A stretch of 64,000 nucleotides of DNA from positions 95,758 to 159,757 of the forward strand of contig CAWAOD010000006.1 in NCBI GenBank assembly GCA_963783575.1. Direction: 5' to 3'. Position 1 is the stretch's first letter. Every line of letters begins with the position of its first letter. Source of the DNA: an uncultured Spirochaetota bacterium (GTDB lineage Bacteria > Spirochaetota > Brevinematia > Brevinematales > JAOACQ01). The notes beneath the pieces were generated by a model. That model did not search any database and was not told the origin of the DNA. It saw only the letters and a program-made list of their open reading frames with translations. The position numbers were made by a program, and so were the translations under genes. Below, piece by piece: positions 20,155 through 30,005 of this stretch.

Positions 20155-21780
20155 TCACAATTTTTTTGGGTTCAGTATATAAACATCATCATCCAGCAAA
20201 ATCCAATCTTCTTTTCCGTCTTGATTTACATCCTGTATTATAAAAGTTGCATCCCCGGTTTTTAGAAAAAAATTAACCTTTTCTGCATACATTTTATCGG
20301 GATAAAAAACAGTAATGCATATTTCATTTGTGCTGTTAAACCCGTAAAAAACATATCCCCAGGAACCTGAGATTTCATTGAATTTATTAATATTAATCAA
20401 ATACGTAAAATCCGAATTCAGAGAATAGATCAAATTTGACTGGTTTGTAATAATATCGTTTGAAAGAATATTATCATTTGAATTGGATGTAATAATATAT
20501 CTGTTTGTCGGCGATAAAATCAAAGATATAGTATTACTGCAGTATAATTTCGGCATCGGAAAAGACATTTCAGGGAAACGGTTCACAACATTACTTACGC
20601 CAAGGATACATTCCGTTAAAAGAATAAAAGAATTTGAATTATAATCCATATAATCTTCAAATACCGGTGAATATGCGTTCTCGTTCTTATCACTCCTGCT
20701 CTGTCTTTTTTCGAATAATGGAATCTGTAGTGATACGCTCTTTTTTCTATCTATTGATTGAATATTCTTTGAAAAGTATAATATATTCGGATATATATCA
20801 AAACCGTAAGTTAATTTCAAATCCATTGAGAAAGTGGGTTTTTTCAACATCCGGTTCAAATAAATCATCTGATTGCAAGCTTTGATATGATACTTCTTTT
20901 GTTTTAACATCATTAAAATGCTTGACGATTTTTTCAAATATTGTTCGGCTTCCTGAAATTCTCCGTCATGCACATAAACCGGAAGGAGATCATAATTCTT
21001 ATAAAACCTAGCCGGATCTATATCTATAGCAATCTGGCAGGTTGTGTATGCGATATCTTTATTGCCCAGTTCCCATTCAAGAATTGCTTTGAATACTAAA
21101 AAATCCTGCCTGCCGATGTATAAATCTTCCGGGTTTATTTTATCGATATAATATTCGGAGCCGTTTAAATCTTTTTTATAATAATATTTAATCATTGCTA
21201 AATAATAAAACAGTTCTGAATTTTCAACATTTTCCAGAATTGCCAGATTTAAATATTCATCGGATTGCTGATAATTTTTCATTTTGAAATAACATTCACC
21301 TATTCTTTGATGCAGAAAGCCTGCCTCTTCTTCAAATTGATTTGTCATCTGCTCATATAATGAAATAGCTTTTTTTAAACTTTTTTCCCTGGAAAGCTGA
21401 AAACCATCGAATTCATTCGTTAATGCGTTTAAAAAATCATCATTGGATATTGTATATTCTTCATTTGTTAATTTACATTGATTATTCCTGAAAATATGAT
21501 AATTATACTCGAGTGAAGTGCAGTCGATATTAATTTCAGAAGAAATTTCTTTGCTTATATCGGTAATCGCCGTTCTCAGTTCAATGTGATTGGCTGCGGT
21601 TTCATTATAATTTGAGATATTTGTAAACTGGCTGGTTATTCCAGATGATTTATTTGTATTCTGATCCGGTTCCTCTGCTTTAACATTAACAGGCGGTTGC
21701 AGCGGTTTTTCTTTTTTTATGGGCGTGCTGTTACATGAAGCAATTAAAAATAGTAATATTAATATTATAAATATTTTCAT
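20155..21780 (-). CDS. TPR-repeat lipoprotein
   Basis: Lipobox MKIFIILILLFLIASC; TPR-like IGECYFKMKNYQQS...LFYYLAMI. Confidence 0.7.
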   Translation of the reverse strand: MKIFIILILLFLIASCNSTPIKKEKPLQPPVNVKAEEPDQNTNKSSGITSQFTNISNYNETAANHIELRTAITDISKEISSEINIDCTSLEYNYHIFRNNQCKLTNEEYTISNDDFLNALTNEFDGFQLSREKSLKKAISLYEQMTNQFEEEAGFLHQRIGECYFKMKNYQQSDEYLNLAILENVENSELFYYLAMIKYYYKKDLNGSEYYIDKINPEDLYIGRQDFLVFKAILEWELGNKDIAYTTCQIAIDIDPARFYKNYDLLPVYVHDGEFQEAEQYLKKSSSILMMLKQKKYHIKACNQMIYLNRMLKKPTFSMDLKLTYGFDIYPNILYFSKNIQSIDRKKSVSLQIPLFEKRQSRSDKNENAYSPVFEDYMDYNSNSFILLTECILGVSNVVNRFPEMSFPMPKLYCSNTISLILSPTNRYIITSNSNDNILSNDIITNQSNLIYSLNSDFTYLININKFNEISGSWGYVFYGFNSTNEICITVFYPDKMYAEKVNFFLKTGDATFIIQDVNQDGKEDWILLDDDVYILNPKKL

Positions 21781-21970
21781 GCAATGTCCTGAAAAATTTT
21801 CAAGATATGTTTTTAAATTATGATTAATTAGAATTATAATTTGTGTATAATAAAAACACAAAAAAGTCAGTTCATTCCGGGGAGTTTTCAACAAGATCGA
21901 AATGCCATAATAAACAAACAATTTCCAAAGTTTTCGTGTTATGGTATTTTATACTTTGACCAATATTCAT

Positions 21971-22756
21971 TCAATTACTCAAGGCTTTGCAGGGACAGAA
22001 ATGAAATTCAAATTCTTCAGATAGTTTAGTAAATTTAATTCGGTACGCTTCTTCAAATTCAATGCTTTCTTTTTTCCAATTGCTCTTTGAAAAAAATACC
22101 GGGCTGTCAATAACTATTTTTATTGTACCGGATTTCAGGCTTAATAATGAATTTTTCTTCGATAAAATATTTTCACTCCCCAATATATATAAAGGAAGAA
22201 CAGGAGAACCGGTTCGAGCTGCAGTGATAAAGGTTCCCGGAGCAAAAGGAAGTAAATTTTTCCCGCTTCCCCTTGTTCCTTCAGCATAAATTAATACACA
22301 ATCTTTTCTTTTTAGAAAAGAAGAGATTTTATAAAAGTTTTCACTTGAAATTGATTTATCGATAACTGGAATATATTCATAAAGTTTCATACCATAACCA
22401 AAAAATAATATTTTAAAATATCCTTCTTTCGCAAGAAAATGAATTTGTAGTAGAGGGAAATTAGCTATTATTGAAAGCTGATCAAACCATGAACGATGAT
22501 TTGCTACAATTATATAACTTTTATCTAAAGGGATATTATATGGATTCTCTAATATAACATTAACATTAAACAATTTCAATGCCTTACTGTTATATCGTAT
22601 TAAATCTTCGTAATATTGAGACCACTTTTTTTTAAGAATTTTACTTTTTATAATCGGTTTAGAAAACATATAATAAAATGTATAAATATAATAGATTAAC
22701 CATAAACTCATTATATGTATTTTCTTAAATAAACTGTTTTGTGAAGTTTTATTCAT
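21971..22756 (-). CDS. plsC: Lysophospholipid acyltransferase (PlsC family)
   Basis: NHRSWFD (HX4D), YAEGTR, PVLP. Confidence 0.88.
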   Translation of the reverse strand: MNKTSQNSLFKKIHIMSLWLIYYIYTFYYMFSKPIIKSKILKKKWSQYYEDLIRYNSKALKLFNVNVILENPYNIPLDKSYIIVANHRSWFDQLSIIANFPLLQIHFLAKEGYFKILFFGYGMKLYEYIPVIDKSISSENFYKISSFLKRKDCVLIYAEGTRGSGKNLLPFAPGTFITAARTGSPVLPLYILGSENILSKKNSLLSLKSGTIKIVIDSPVFFSKSNWKKESIEFEEAYRIKFTKLSEEFEFHFCPCKALSN

Positions 22757-23960
22757 CTATGTACCTCTCAACTTTCTCTAAATCAATTGAAAATTCTTCT
22801 TTTGCAATCTGTAGCAGTATTTTAAGATCATATTTCCGGGGATTATTGAAAGTTCGTTGGGAATATACAGTTACATTCCGAATTATTTTCTTATAATCAT
22901 TATATTTTATATAATGACTCAGATATGGCGGAATATTCAACCTTTGGAGAATATTCTGGAATCGATCCGGCATTGATTCTTTATCCAATACTTCAAAGAT
23001 TGAACAAATATATTTAATAGCTGAGTTTAAAGGTTCTATACCCCTGGAATCCAGGCATTCATCCTTATGACATTGCTGATTAAATTTCCAAACTATAGGT
23101 AAATTTAAAAATACGGCTAAACCATGGGGGATAGAATGATTTGCGGTTAGTTGATATGAAAGAGCATGGGCTAAAGTAGTTTTAGAAATATTAATAGCTT
23201 TGCCTGCTAAATAGGCGGCATTTTGCATTTTTTCAATTAATATTATTGAATTCATTGATCGATTTTCAAAAAAAGGTAATAAATAATAAATTTCTTGAAT
23301 TGCCTTCTGGGCATTACTAATTGATTCTTTTGAAGAATGTATTGCCCATAAGGATTCAATTGCCTGAGATAAAGCATCCAACATTGTCATTACTTGAATA
23401 TCAAATTTGATGTCAAATAGCCAGTTTGCAATAAAAAAAACCACCTCTGGAAGTAAGAAATCAGATTCAATATTATACTTTTTTTTATTTTGATATATAA
23501 CACTAAAATTAGTAGCTTCCGAACCAGTTCCTGCGGTAGTAGGTATTGCAAAAAGAACCGGGTTATTATTATAAAGATAGTCTTTTTCTTGAGAACTATG
23601 AATAATTTCAGAAACCTTGGTATGTGTTGCATAAATATATCTTAAACATTTACTTAAATCTAAAACACTGCCGCCACCAATTGCAATAATTAAATCTGGA
23701 ATAAAATTTTTCCCGATCTCTTTATATTTAAATTCTAAATCTGTGACACTAAACAACTGAGTTGAAAATAATATATGTTTTATTTGATACTGAAATGATA
23801 AATGTTTAATCAACTTAAAAATATCTTGATTATTCACTGCACTTTTAAAAGTTATAATTAATATTTTATTTATTTTTGATTCGGCCAGTTTAATCTGGTC
23901 AAGAATAGGCTTGATATTTTGACCTTTAATAACAACTTGTTCCACTGCCGTCACTCCCAT
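22749..23960 (-). CDS. Iron-containing alcohol dehydrogenase, phosphonoacetaldehyde-reductase/HEPD-like
   Basis: IGGGSVLD, AIPTTAGTGSEAT, DALSQAIES, AGKAINISKTTLAHALSY, IPHG. Confidence 0.85.
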   Translation of the reverse strand: MGVTAVEQVVIKGQNIKPILDQIKLAESKINKILIITFKSAVNNQDIFKLIKHLSFQYQIKHILFSTQLFSVTDLEFKYKEIGKNFIPDLIIAIGGGSVLDLSKCLRYIYATHTKVSEIIHSSQEKDYLYNNNPVLFAIPTTAGTGSEATNFSVIYQNKKKYNIESDFLLPEVVFFIANWLFDIKFDIQVMTMLDALSQAIESLWAIHSSKESISNAQKAIQEIYYLLPFFENRSMNSIILIEKMQNAAYLAGKAINISKTTLAHALSYQLTANHSIPHGLAVFLNLPIVWKFNQQCHKDECLDSRGIEPLNSAIKYICSIFEVLDKESMPDRFQNILQRLNIPPYLSHYIKYNDYKKIIRNVTVYSQRTFNNPRKYDLKILLQIAKEEFSIDLEKVERYIDE

Positions 23961-24010
23961 ACATATAGCATTTGATTTCCAGCTTTGAATCCAAAATATA
24001 ATAATTTAAA

Positions 24011-25132
24011 TTAGTGATTATTAATATCTTTATAATACAAACAATATTCATGAAGATTTTTCTTAGCGTATTTTAAATAGCCGAATGACAAAGCATCTTC
24101 AGCAATGAGCGCAATAATTAGTGGGATGTTTAGTTTACTCACCTTTAACAGGCCTGAATATGCCATAGCTGTGCCAAGTCCATTATTCTTTTTTATTTCA
24201 TCATGGGTAATACCAACATATATATTGACTATTGATAACAATTTTTGGTTTATCTTTAAATACCTTAAGATACTGGTATTACTATCAGGCATATTAACCA
24301 TCCAATGATAATTTGGTATTGAAATATTAAAACCAACCGTTCTTCCTGCAGGATTTATGGCTAAATATGCGAAGTCGGGTATTAAAACCTGTTTTAAGTT
24401 TTTAAATAATTCGATAAATATTCTAGAATCCAATTTATGATAACCAATAAAATCAGAATATGAATCATTTATCAACTCATTTAACAATAAAAGTTCATTA
24501 TCATAATTATTTATGTCCAATTTGCGAAATTGATATCCTTTTTTTAAAAGACGATGGTTTATTTTTCCTATCCTGTTAATCAATTCGTTAATTGAATCCT
24601 CACTAAAAGTACCTGAATACCATTTTTTTAAAGGTTTAAATCCGATTTGCTCGAAGAGTAACGGATAATAAGATTTATTATATGGTTCTTTAAAAAATGG
24701 GACATCTTCAAAACCCTGTGTCATAAAACGATATGAATACCACAATGTACCATTCATTGGAGCCCACACGGTGGATATATTTTGCATTTTAAGCCAATTA
24801 CAAGCTTTATCAATCAACATTGAGGCTGCCTTGATGTCATTTTCACACTCAAAAAAGCCTATACTGCCTAAAGGTTTATCATTAATTATCAATAATTTGT
24901 TAATAAAAGCCGTAGCTCGCCCGATAATTCGACCAGAACATTCTATTAAAAAGTTTTTATGATCTAAAAATGTATTAAAAGGATGGCTTCGATTAAGAAA
25001 TTTCTCAAGATCGCTTTTAGATGGTGTTATCCATTTTTCCGATTGTTTATACAATCGCTTGGGTAATGAAATAAAATTATTAATATTTCCCTTTTGTTCA
25101 TCAAATTCAAAAATCTGGTATACTTTTCCCAC
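24011..25132 (-). CDS. GNAT-fold acyltransferase of the YghO/bacterial ceramide synthase (bCerS)-like family
   Basis: FISLPKRLY...W, IIGRA, GSIGFFECEND, EPYNKSYY pattern; 373 aa. Confidence 0.65.
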   Translation of the reverse strand: MGKVYQIFEFDEQKGNINNFISLPKRLYKQSEKWITPSKSDLEKFLNRSHPFNTFLDHKNFLIECSGRIIGRATAFINKLLIINDKPLGSIGFFECENDIKAASMLIDKACNWLKMQNISTVWAPMNGTLWYSYRFMTQGFEDVPFFKEPYNKSYYPLLFEQIGFKPLKKWYSGTFSEDSINELINRIGKINHRLLKKGYQFRKLDINNYDNELLLLNELINDSYSDFIGYHKLDSRIFIELFKNLKQVLIPDFAYLAINPAGRTVGFNISIPNYHWMVNMPDSNTSILRYLKINQKLLSIVNIYVGITHDEIKKNNGLGTAMAYSGLLKVSKLNIPLIIALIAEDALSFGYLKYAKKNLHEYCLYYKDINNH

Positions 25133-25248
25133 TAAAAAGCTACCCCATTAATTATTTTTGCGTTTCCACTAGAAGATGTTTCCAGTAGTTCTGACTTTAA
25201 TACCTCAAGTTTCTGCCTTCAGGATTTTTTATTTTAATACAATCCACA

Positions 25249-25839
25249 TTAAACGATCTTTTTTCTTACTCCAATAATAAATAGTAAAATGTTCATCAAA
25301 AAGTGCACTATAATTCCAATAATAATAAATAATAAAAAAATGGTCATACCTGGAATATAGAATATAAGCATTGCTAAAGAACAACCGATCACTGAATCAG
25401 CTTGATCAATAAAAATAAACAATAATCCTAATGCCCCTTTTCCGTGTTCGCCGGGTGCGATCCGTAATCTTCTTTTAAAAAAACTATTGGGAAGTTCAAA
25501 TAAAACATAGGAAAAACCCCATACCGCCCCGAAAATAAATATGGAGAAAATAGAATGAAATTTATAAAAGGGAATTAATGATAGTCTGGCAGCCCAGGGA
25601 AAAGTAATTGCAAGAATATAAAATAAAAAAAACCAAAATGATGTAAATACAATCATTCCAATGAAGAATTTCCATGATTTATTATTACCAAATAACCTTT
25701 GTCCATCTGATAGAATAATATTTAAATCTATAGGTCTTTTCAAAAAATTAAAATACGGTGTTTTAATAAAAATCATATTCGTTGTACCTGCAAGTATCAA
25801 AGGTAACATTAAATATATAACTTCTAAAATCCGACTCAT
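25249..25839 (-). CDS. CarS-like (CDP-archaeol synthase family) membrane cytidylyltransferase
   Basis: P-x4-GTTNM, PID, DGQRLFGNNKSW, ELPNSFFKRRL-x-I-x-PG, IDQADS. Confidence 0.8.
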   Translation of the reverse strand: MSRILEVIYLMLPLILAGTTNMIFIKTPYFNFLKRPIDLNIILSDGQRLFGNNKSWKFFIGMIVFTSFWFFLFYILAITFPWAARLSLIPFYKFHSIFSIFIFGAVWGFSYVLFELPNSFFKRRLRIAPGEHGKGALGLLFIFIDQADSVIGCSLAMLIFYIPGMTIFLLFIIIGIIVHFLMNILLFIIGVRKKIV

Positions 25840-25948
25840 TTATTCTCCCTATTTTATATAATAATTATTGAAAAATTCTTATAGTAAAATTTCTGATGGT
25901 TATATTTACATCCATCAAAACATGAACTTTATTTGTGTCATTGATAAA

Positions 25949-26569
25949 TTATTCAAATTTCAAGTGTAAATAAAAAAACGCTAATATAATAACTACAAGG
26001 ATAATAGTAATTAAAATGTATTTCTGTGGTTTAAAAAATGGTTTATTCAATATCATAAAGAAACTAAAAGTAATTAACAATAGATTACTTATAGTAATGA
26101 ACACCAAATGTTTTGTTATGAAAGAAAGACCAAATAAAAATAAAAGAAGAAAAAGACTCCAAAAAACTGGAAGACCGGTATAATATAATTTGCTTCCTTC
26201 TTTTAAATTACCAATAATATTAAATTTAGAGAGCCTTAATATTCCAGAAGTAATAAATATGAAGAAAATTATTAGAGATAATGGATCTTTATTACCAAGA
26301 ACATATAAAAAAAGAACTGGAGCGATCAAATACCCGATTAAATCGATGAACCCATCTAAATATCTCCCGAATTCTGATTCAATATTTAATTTTCTGGCTA
26401 TCATACCATCAAAATTATCAGCAAACATACCTATAAACAATAATGAAATAGCAAAATAAAAATTTTTGGCAAATATTTGAACCAGAGCAAAACTGGAAAA
26501 AAACAATGCTGACAACGATATTAAATCAGCTAAATTAAGACGGATAATAAAAACTTCCTTTTTTTCCAT
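25949..26569 (-). CDS. pssA: CDP-alcohol phosphatidyltransferase (PssA-like), copy 1
   Basis: DNFDGMIAR-x7-GRYLDGFID motif; LRLSKFN; YTGLP. Confidence 0.8.
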   Translation of the reverse strand: MEKKEVFIIRLNLADLISLSALFFSSFALVQIFAKNFYFAISLLFIGMFADNFDGMIARKLNIESEFGRYLDGFIDLIGYLIAPVLFLYVLGNKDPLSLIIFFIFITSGILRLSKFNIIGNLKEGSKLYYTGLPVFWSLFLLLFLFGLSFITKHLVFITISNLLLITFSFFMILNKPFFKPQKYILITIILVVIILAFFYLHLKFE

Positions 26570-26579
26570 AGTATTACCT

Positions 26580-27497
26580 CTAATATTTATTAAATGATTT
26601 CCCAATGTGAGAACCAACTTTTACTAACGTTTCAATCCCTTTTTGAGAATAAAACTGTATATCTTCATCAATGATAATAGTGTTGGGTTTAAAAAGCAAA
26701 ATAATAGTGGACCCTCCATACTCAAAATAACCTTTTTCTTCTCCTTTTTGAAAATAACCCCCATATCGTTTATTTTGAATTATTTTCCCAACCGTCATCG
26801 CACCAACTTCAATTTGTATTACTTCTCCAAATTGTTCAGTATATAATATGCAATATTCCCGATAATTAAGGTGATAAAGAGGAAAGTATTTATTTATTAA
26901 TGGTTGAGGCGCTGAAGCATGATAATCACCTTTAATGGTTATTATAGGCCCTTGATTTCCATTATCAATATAACAAAATCTATGATAGTCAGAAGGAACG
27001 AGTCGAAAAATAAGACATAATCCATTGTAATAATTTCTTATTAGCTCTTTATTATTTATTAGCTCAAAATAATAATAATTCTTACCTTTCACCATAAGTT
27101 GTATTTCATTTTCTATACATCCAACTAGTAGACGACTATCAGCTGTTGAGATCAATGACTTAGCATCCTTATTAATCGGTCTTGCCGTTGGTTTTAATTT
27201 TCTAATAAAAAAATCGTTTAATGTAAGATAAGAAGAAATTGGCTGCTCAATTTCTTCAATATTAATTTGATATTTTTTAATAAGGTTGTTAATCCTATGC
27301 CTACTTTTTTGCCCCCTTTGAAACATTCCATATAGTTTATTAAATAACTTTCGTTTAAAAATTAAGTTGATTGCTATTCTACCCAAGAAAGTTCCATATA
27401 ACTTCTCTTTTAACTCTTTACTATATATTAATTCTTCTTCTATTATAGATCTTTCACGATTATATATTTTAATTTTTGAATTTGCTAGTTTTGACAT
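26580..27497 (-). CDS. psd: Phosphatidylserine decarboxylase, copy 1
   Basis: NDFFIRKLKP-x-ARP, FRLVPSDYHRF, EVGAMTVGKI, GYFEYGGST. Confidence 0.9.
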   Translation of the reverse strand: MSKLANSKIKIYNRERSIIEEELIYSKELKEKLYGTFLGRIAINLIFKRKLFNKLYGMFQRGQKSRHRINNLIKKYQINIEEIEQPISSYLTLNDFFIRKLKPTARPINKDAKSLISTADSRLLVGCIENEIQLMVKGKNYYYFELINNKELIRNYYNGLCLIFRLVPSDYHRFCYIDNGNQGPIITIKGDYHASAPQPLINKYFPLYHLNYREYCILYTEQFGEVIQIEVGAMTVGKIIQNKRYGGYFQKGEEKGYFEYGGSTIILLFKPNTIIIDEDIQFYSQKGIETLVKVGSHIGKSFNKY

Positions 27498-27545
27498 ATT
27501 AACATTCTCCTTAATTACCTTATTCCACAAAGTTTCAATAAGCGT

Positions 27546-27725
27546 GCCCCTTCGATTCCTCAGGGCGGGCTAACTTGACCCGGGTATGATTCCCCGCAGT
27601 TTACGGAATTTATCCCGAGCAGAACCTGCCCTGAGTTTATCGAAGGGTCAAGGGGCTATCTATCAAGTTGGCTTCCTGCTATTCTGCATTTATAATACCT
27701 CGCAGCTTGCTGTGGGGGTAGTTTA
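27546..27725. repeat. REP-like palindrome cluster
   Basis: cccttcgattcctcagggc vs gccctgagtttatcgaaggg inverted pair; acctcgcagcttgctgtggggg hairpin. Confidence 0.6.
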
Positions 27726-28296
27726 TTGAATTCCGTTGCTATACCCCGCTATAATCCGAATTGTAGTCAATCGCCATCATACCGATTTTAATCAAGCTAT
27801 GTTGTCTTCTTTACTATTTAGGTTATGAAACACCATAGAAATCGTCGCCGATAATTTATCCACAAGTTTGTAAAATCGCTGTCTCTAGCACTATAATGAT
27901 GTAACATACTAGGCGGTTCCCATAAATTGATGTTCCAGACTTTGAACATTAAATTGAACTCCAATTAATTGGATTTATTCTAATAAGCAGTCAGAAAAAA
28001 AGCAAGATGAAAAAATGAAAAATGATTCCAATCAAAAATCAAATTTTATCTGAGACATTATCAGGCAATGTTTTTTGTTATAATTAATAATTATATAAAT
28101 CATATATAAATCGGTAATCGGTTATTCAATAGTTATTCTTTCATTATAAATTTATTGGCTAGATTTGATAATTAGTAGTTGAATCTTTATAATATAAAAA
28201 GTTTGTTATTGTTTACATTTAATCTAAACGAGTGCAAGAAGCAATCTATTTTCGGTTTAAATTTAATAAGTGAATAAAGAATAAGGAGGCAAAAGT

Positions 28297-28920
28297 ATGT
28301 TTATAGGTTATATTAATCTACCTAATATTGTAACTCTTGCCGGGCTTGTATTATCAATAACCGCATGTTTTCTCTCCTATAACCAGAACTTGGAATTCGC
28401 GATTGTTTTTTTTATTTTTGCCGGTTTAAGTGATTTATTTGACGGCTTATTAGCGCGAAAGGTAAATATAAATCCTGAACAGAAAGCTTTTGGTGAGCAA
28501 ATCGATTCTGTAATCGATATTGTCAGTTTCGGAGTTACTCCGGTAATAATACTCCTTAATTCGGGATTCAACGATTTCATTTCTTTGGTTATTTTTTCAA
28601 TCTATTGCATCTGCGCAGCTATGAGACTTGCCTATTTCAATGTTAAAAAAAATTATTTGATAAAAGAAGAAGCAATGAATGGTTATGTGGGTCTTCCGGT
28701 AACTTATACTGCCCTTATTTTTCCTATTGTTATGACCACTAAATATTTTATTGATATAACTATATATCATATCATTATTTACATGGTTATAATCATTATA
28801 TCTTTCTTTTTTATATTTAAAATCCATTTCCCGAAAGTCAAAGGAATATTCTATATAATTTTTCCCATAATAGCATTAGCCTTAATTATTACTTGGGTCC
28901 TATTGTATCTGAAAAGGTAA
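28297..28920 (+). CDS. pssA: CDP-alcohol phosphatidyltransferase (PssA-like), copy 2
   Basis: DLFDGLLAR...FGEQIDSVIDIVSFGVTP, MRLAYFN, YVGLP. Confidence 0.85.
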   Translation: MFIGYINLPNIVTLAGLVLSITACFLSYNQNLEFAIVFFIFAGLSDLFDGLLARKVNINPEQKAFGEQIDSVIDIVSFGVTPVIILLNSGFNDFISLVIFSIYCICAAMRLAYFNVKKNYLIKEEAMNGYVGLPVTYTALIFPIVMTTKYFIDITIYHIIIYMVIIIISFFFIFKIHFPKVKGIFYIIFPIIALALIITWVLLYLKR

Positions 28921-28926
28921 TAACCT

Positions 28927-29841
28927 ATGAGACTTCTAAAATCGGATCTGACAGATATTACATTGTATAATCTTCAAACCGGGAAACTGGAGAAAGAAAA
29001 GATTTTTGGGCAAAAAAAAATGGATCTCCTATATGGATCATGGTTCGGACATCAACTAACTAATATTTTTATATCTCAGCCCTTATTCTCAAAATTCTAT
29101 GGCTACCTTCAGAAAAGGAAAAAATCCTCCGGGGATATAGACAGTTTCATAAAAAAATATAACATTGATACTTCCGAACTAGAGAAACCAGTTAAAATGT
29201 ATAGGAATTTCAACGAATTCTTCATTAGAAAACTAAAACCGGAAGCTCGGCCCATCAATCAAGATCACAATATACTGATTTCACCGGCGGACAGCCGGTT
29301 ACTAGCTTATCAATTAAAATCCGGTGTCGTTTTACCAGTTAAGGGCAGGTATTTTTCCGTAATCGAAGTAATATCGGAAAAAAAGCTGGCTAAAGAATTT
29401 GATAATGGTATATGTCTTGTATTCAGACTCGCACCTTCGGATTATCACAGGTTCTGCTATATAGATGATGGACAACAAGATCCAGTGACTTTTGTTCGGG
29501 GCAGACTTCACTCCGTTAGCCCTCTATCACTCAATCGTGGTATCAGGGTTTTTCCTACAAATTTCCGTAATTATTGTGTAATGCATACTAATAATTTTAT
29601 GGATATTATCCAAATTGAAGTTGGAGCTCTAACTGTGGGAAAGATTGTCCAGAATAATCCGCTGGGTCATAATTTTAAGAGGGGTGAGGAAAAGGGTTAT
29701 TTTGAGTTTGGCGGTTCGACAATCATCCTTTTTATAAAATCGGATATTGTTATAATTAATGATGATATTATGGAATATTCATCAAGGGGAATAGAAACGA
29801 TCGTTAAGTATGGTTCTCCTATAGGGTCAAAGAAAAAATAA
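28927..29841 (+). CDS. psd: Phosphatidylserine decarboxylase, copy 2
   Basis: FNEFFIRKLKPEARP, SPADSR, FRLAPSDYHRF, GYFEFGGST. Confidence 0.92.
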   Translation: MRLLKSDLTDITLYNLQTGKLEKEKIFGQKKMDLLYGSWFGHQLTNIFISQPLFSKFYGYLQKRKKSSGDIDSFIKKYNIDTSELEKPVKMYRNFNEFFIRKLKPEARPINQDHNILISPADSRLLAYQLKSGVVLPVKGRYFSVIEVISEKKLAKEFDNGICLVFRLAPSDYHRFCYIDDGQQDPVTFVRGRLHSVSPLSLNRGIRVFPTNFRNYCVMHTNNFMDIIQIEVGALTVGKIVQNNPLGHNFKRGEEKGYFEFGGSTIILFIKSDIVIINDDIMEYSSRGIETIVKYGSPIGSKKK

Positions 29842-30005
29842 TAGTGATTCATGCTGTTACATAACCTGAATTATCCTCTCACAGCATTCAAAAAAGTTTT
29901 GATTTTAAACAATATTCTTTAATTTTGCATTTCTTTATTAATTGTTCTAGAATATTTTGACAAGCGCCGTCTGTGCTCTTATTCAAAAATAGCAGGAGGA
30001 TTATC

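Noticed and set aside
22749..23960. Glycerol-1-phosphate dehydrogenase (archaeal-type backbone)
   Set aside because: PTTAGTGSE and AINISKTT motifs fit Fe-ADH/HEPD rather than EgsA/AraM
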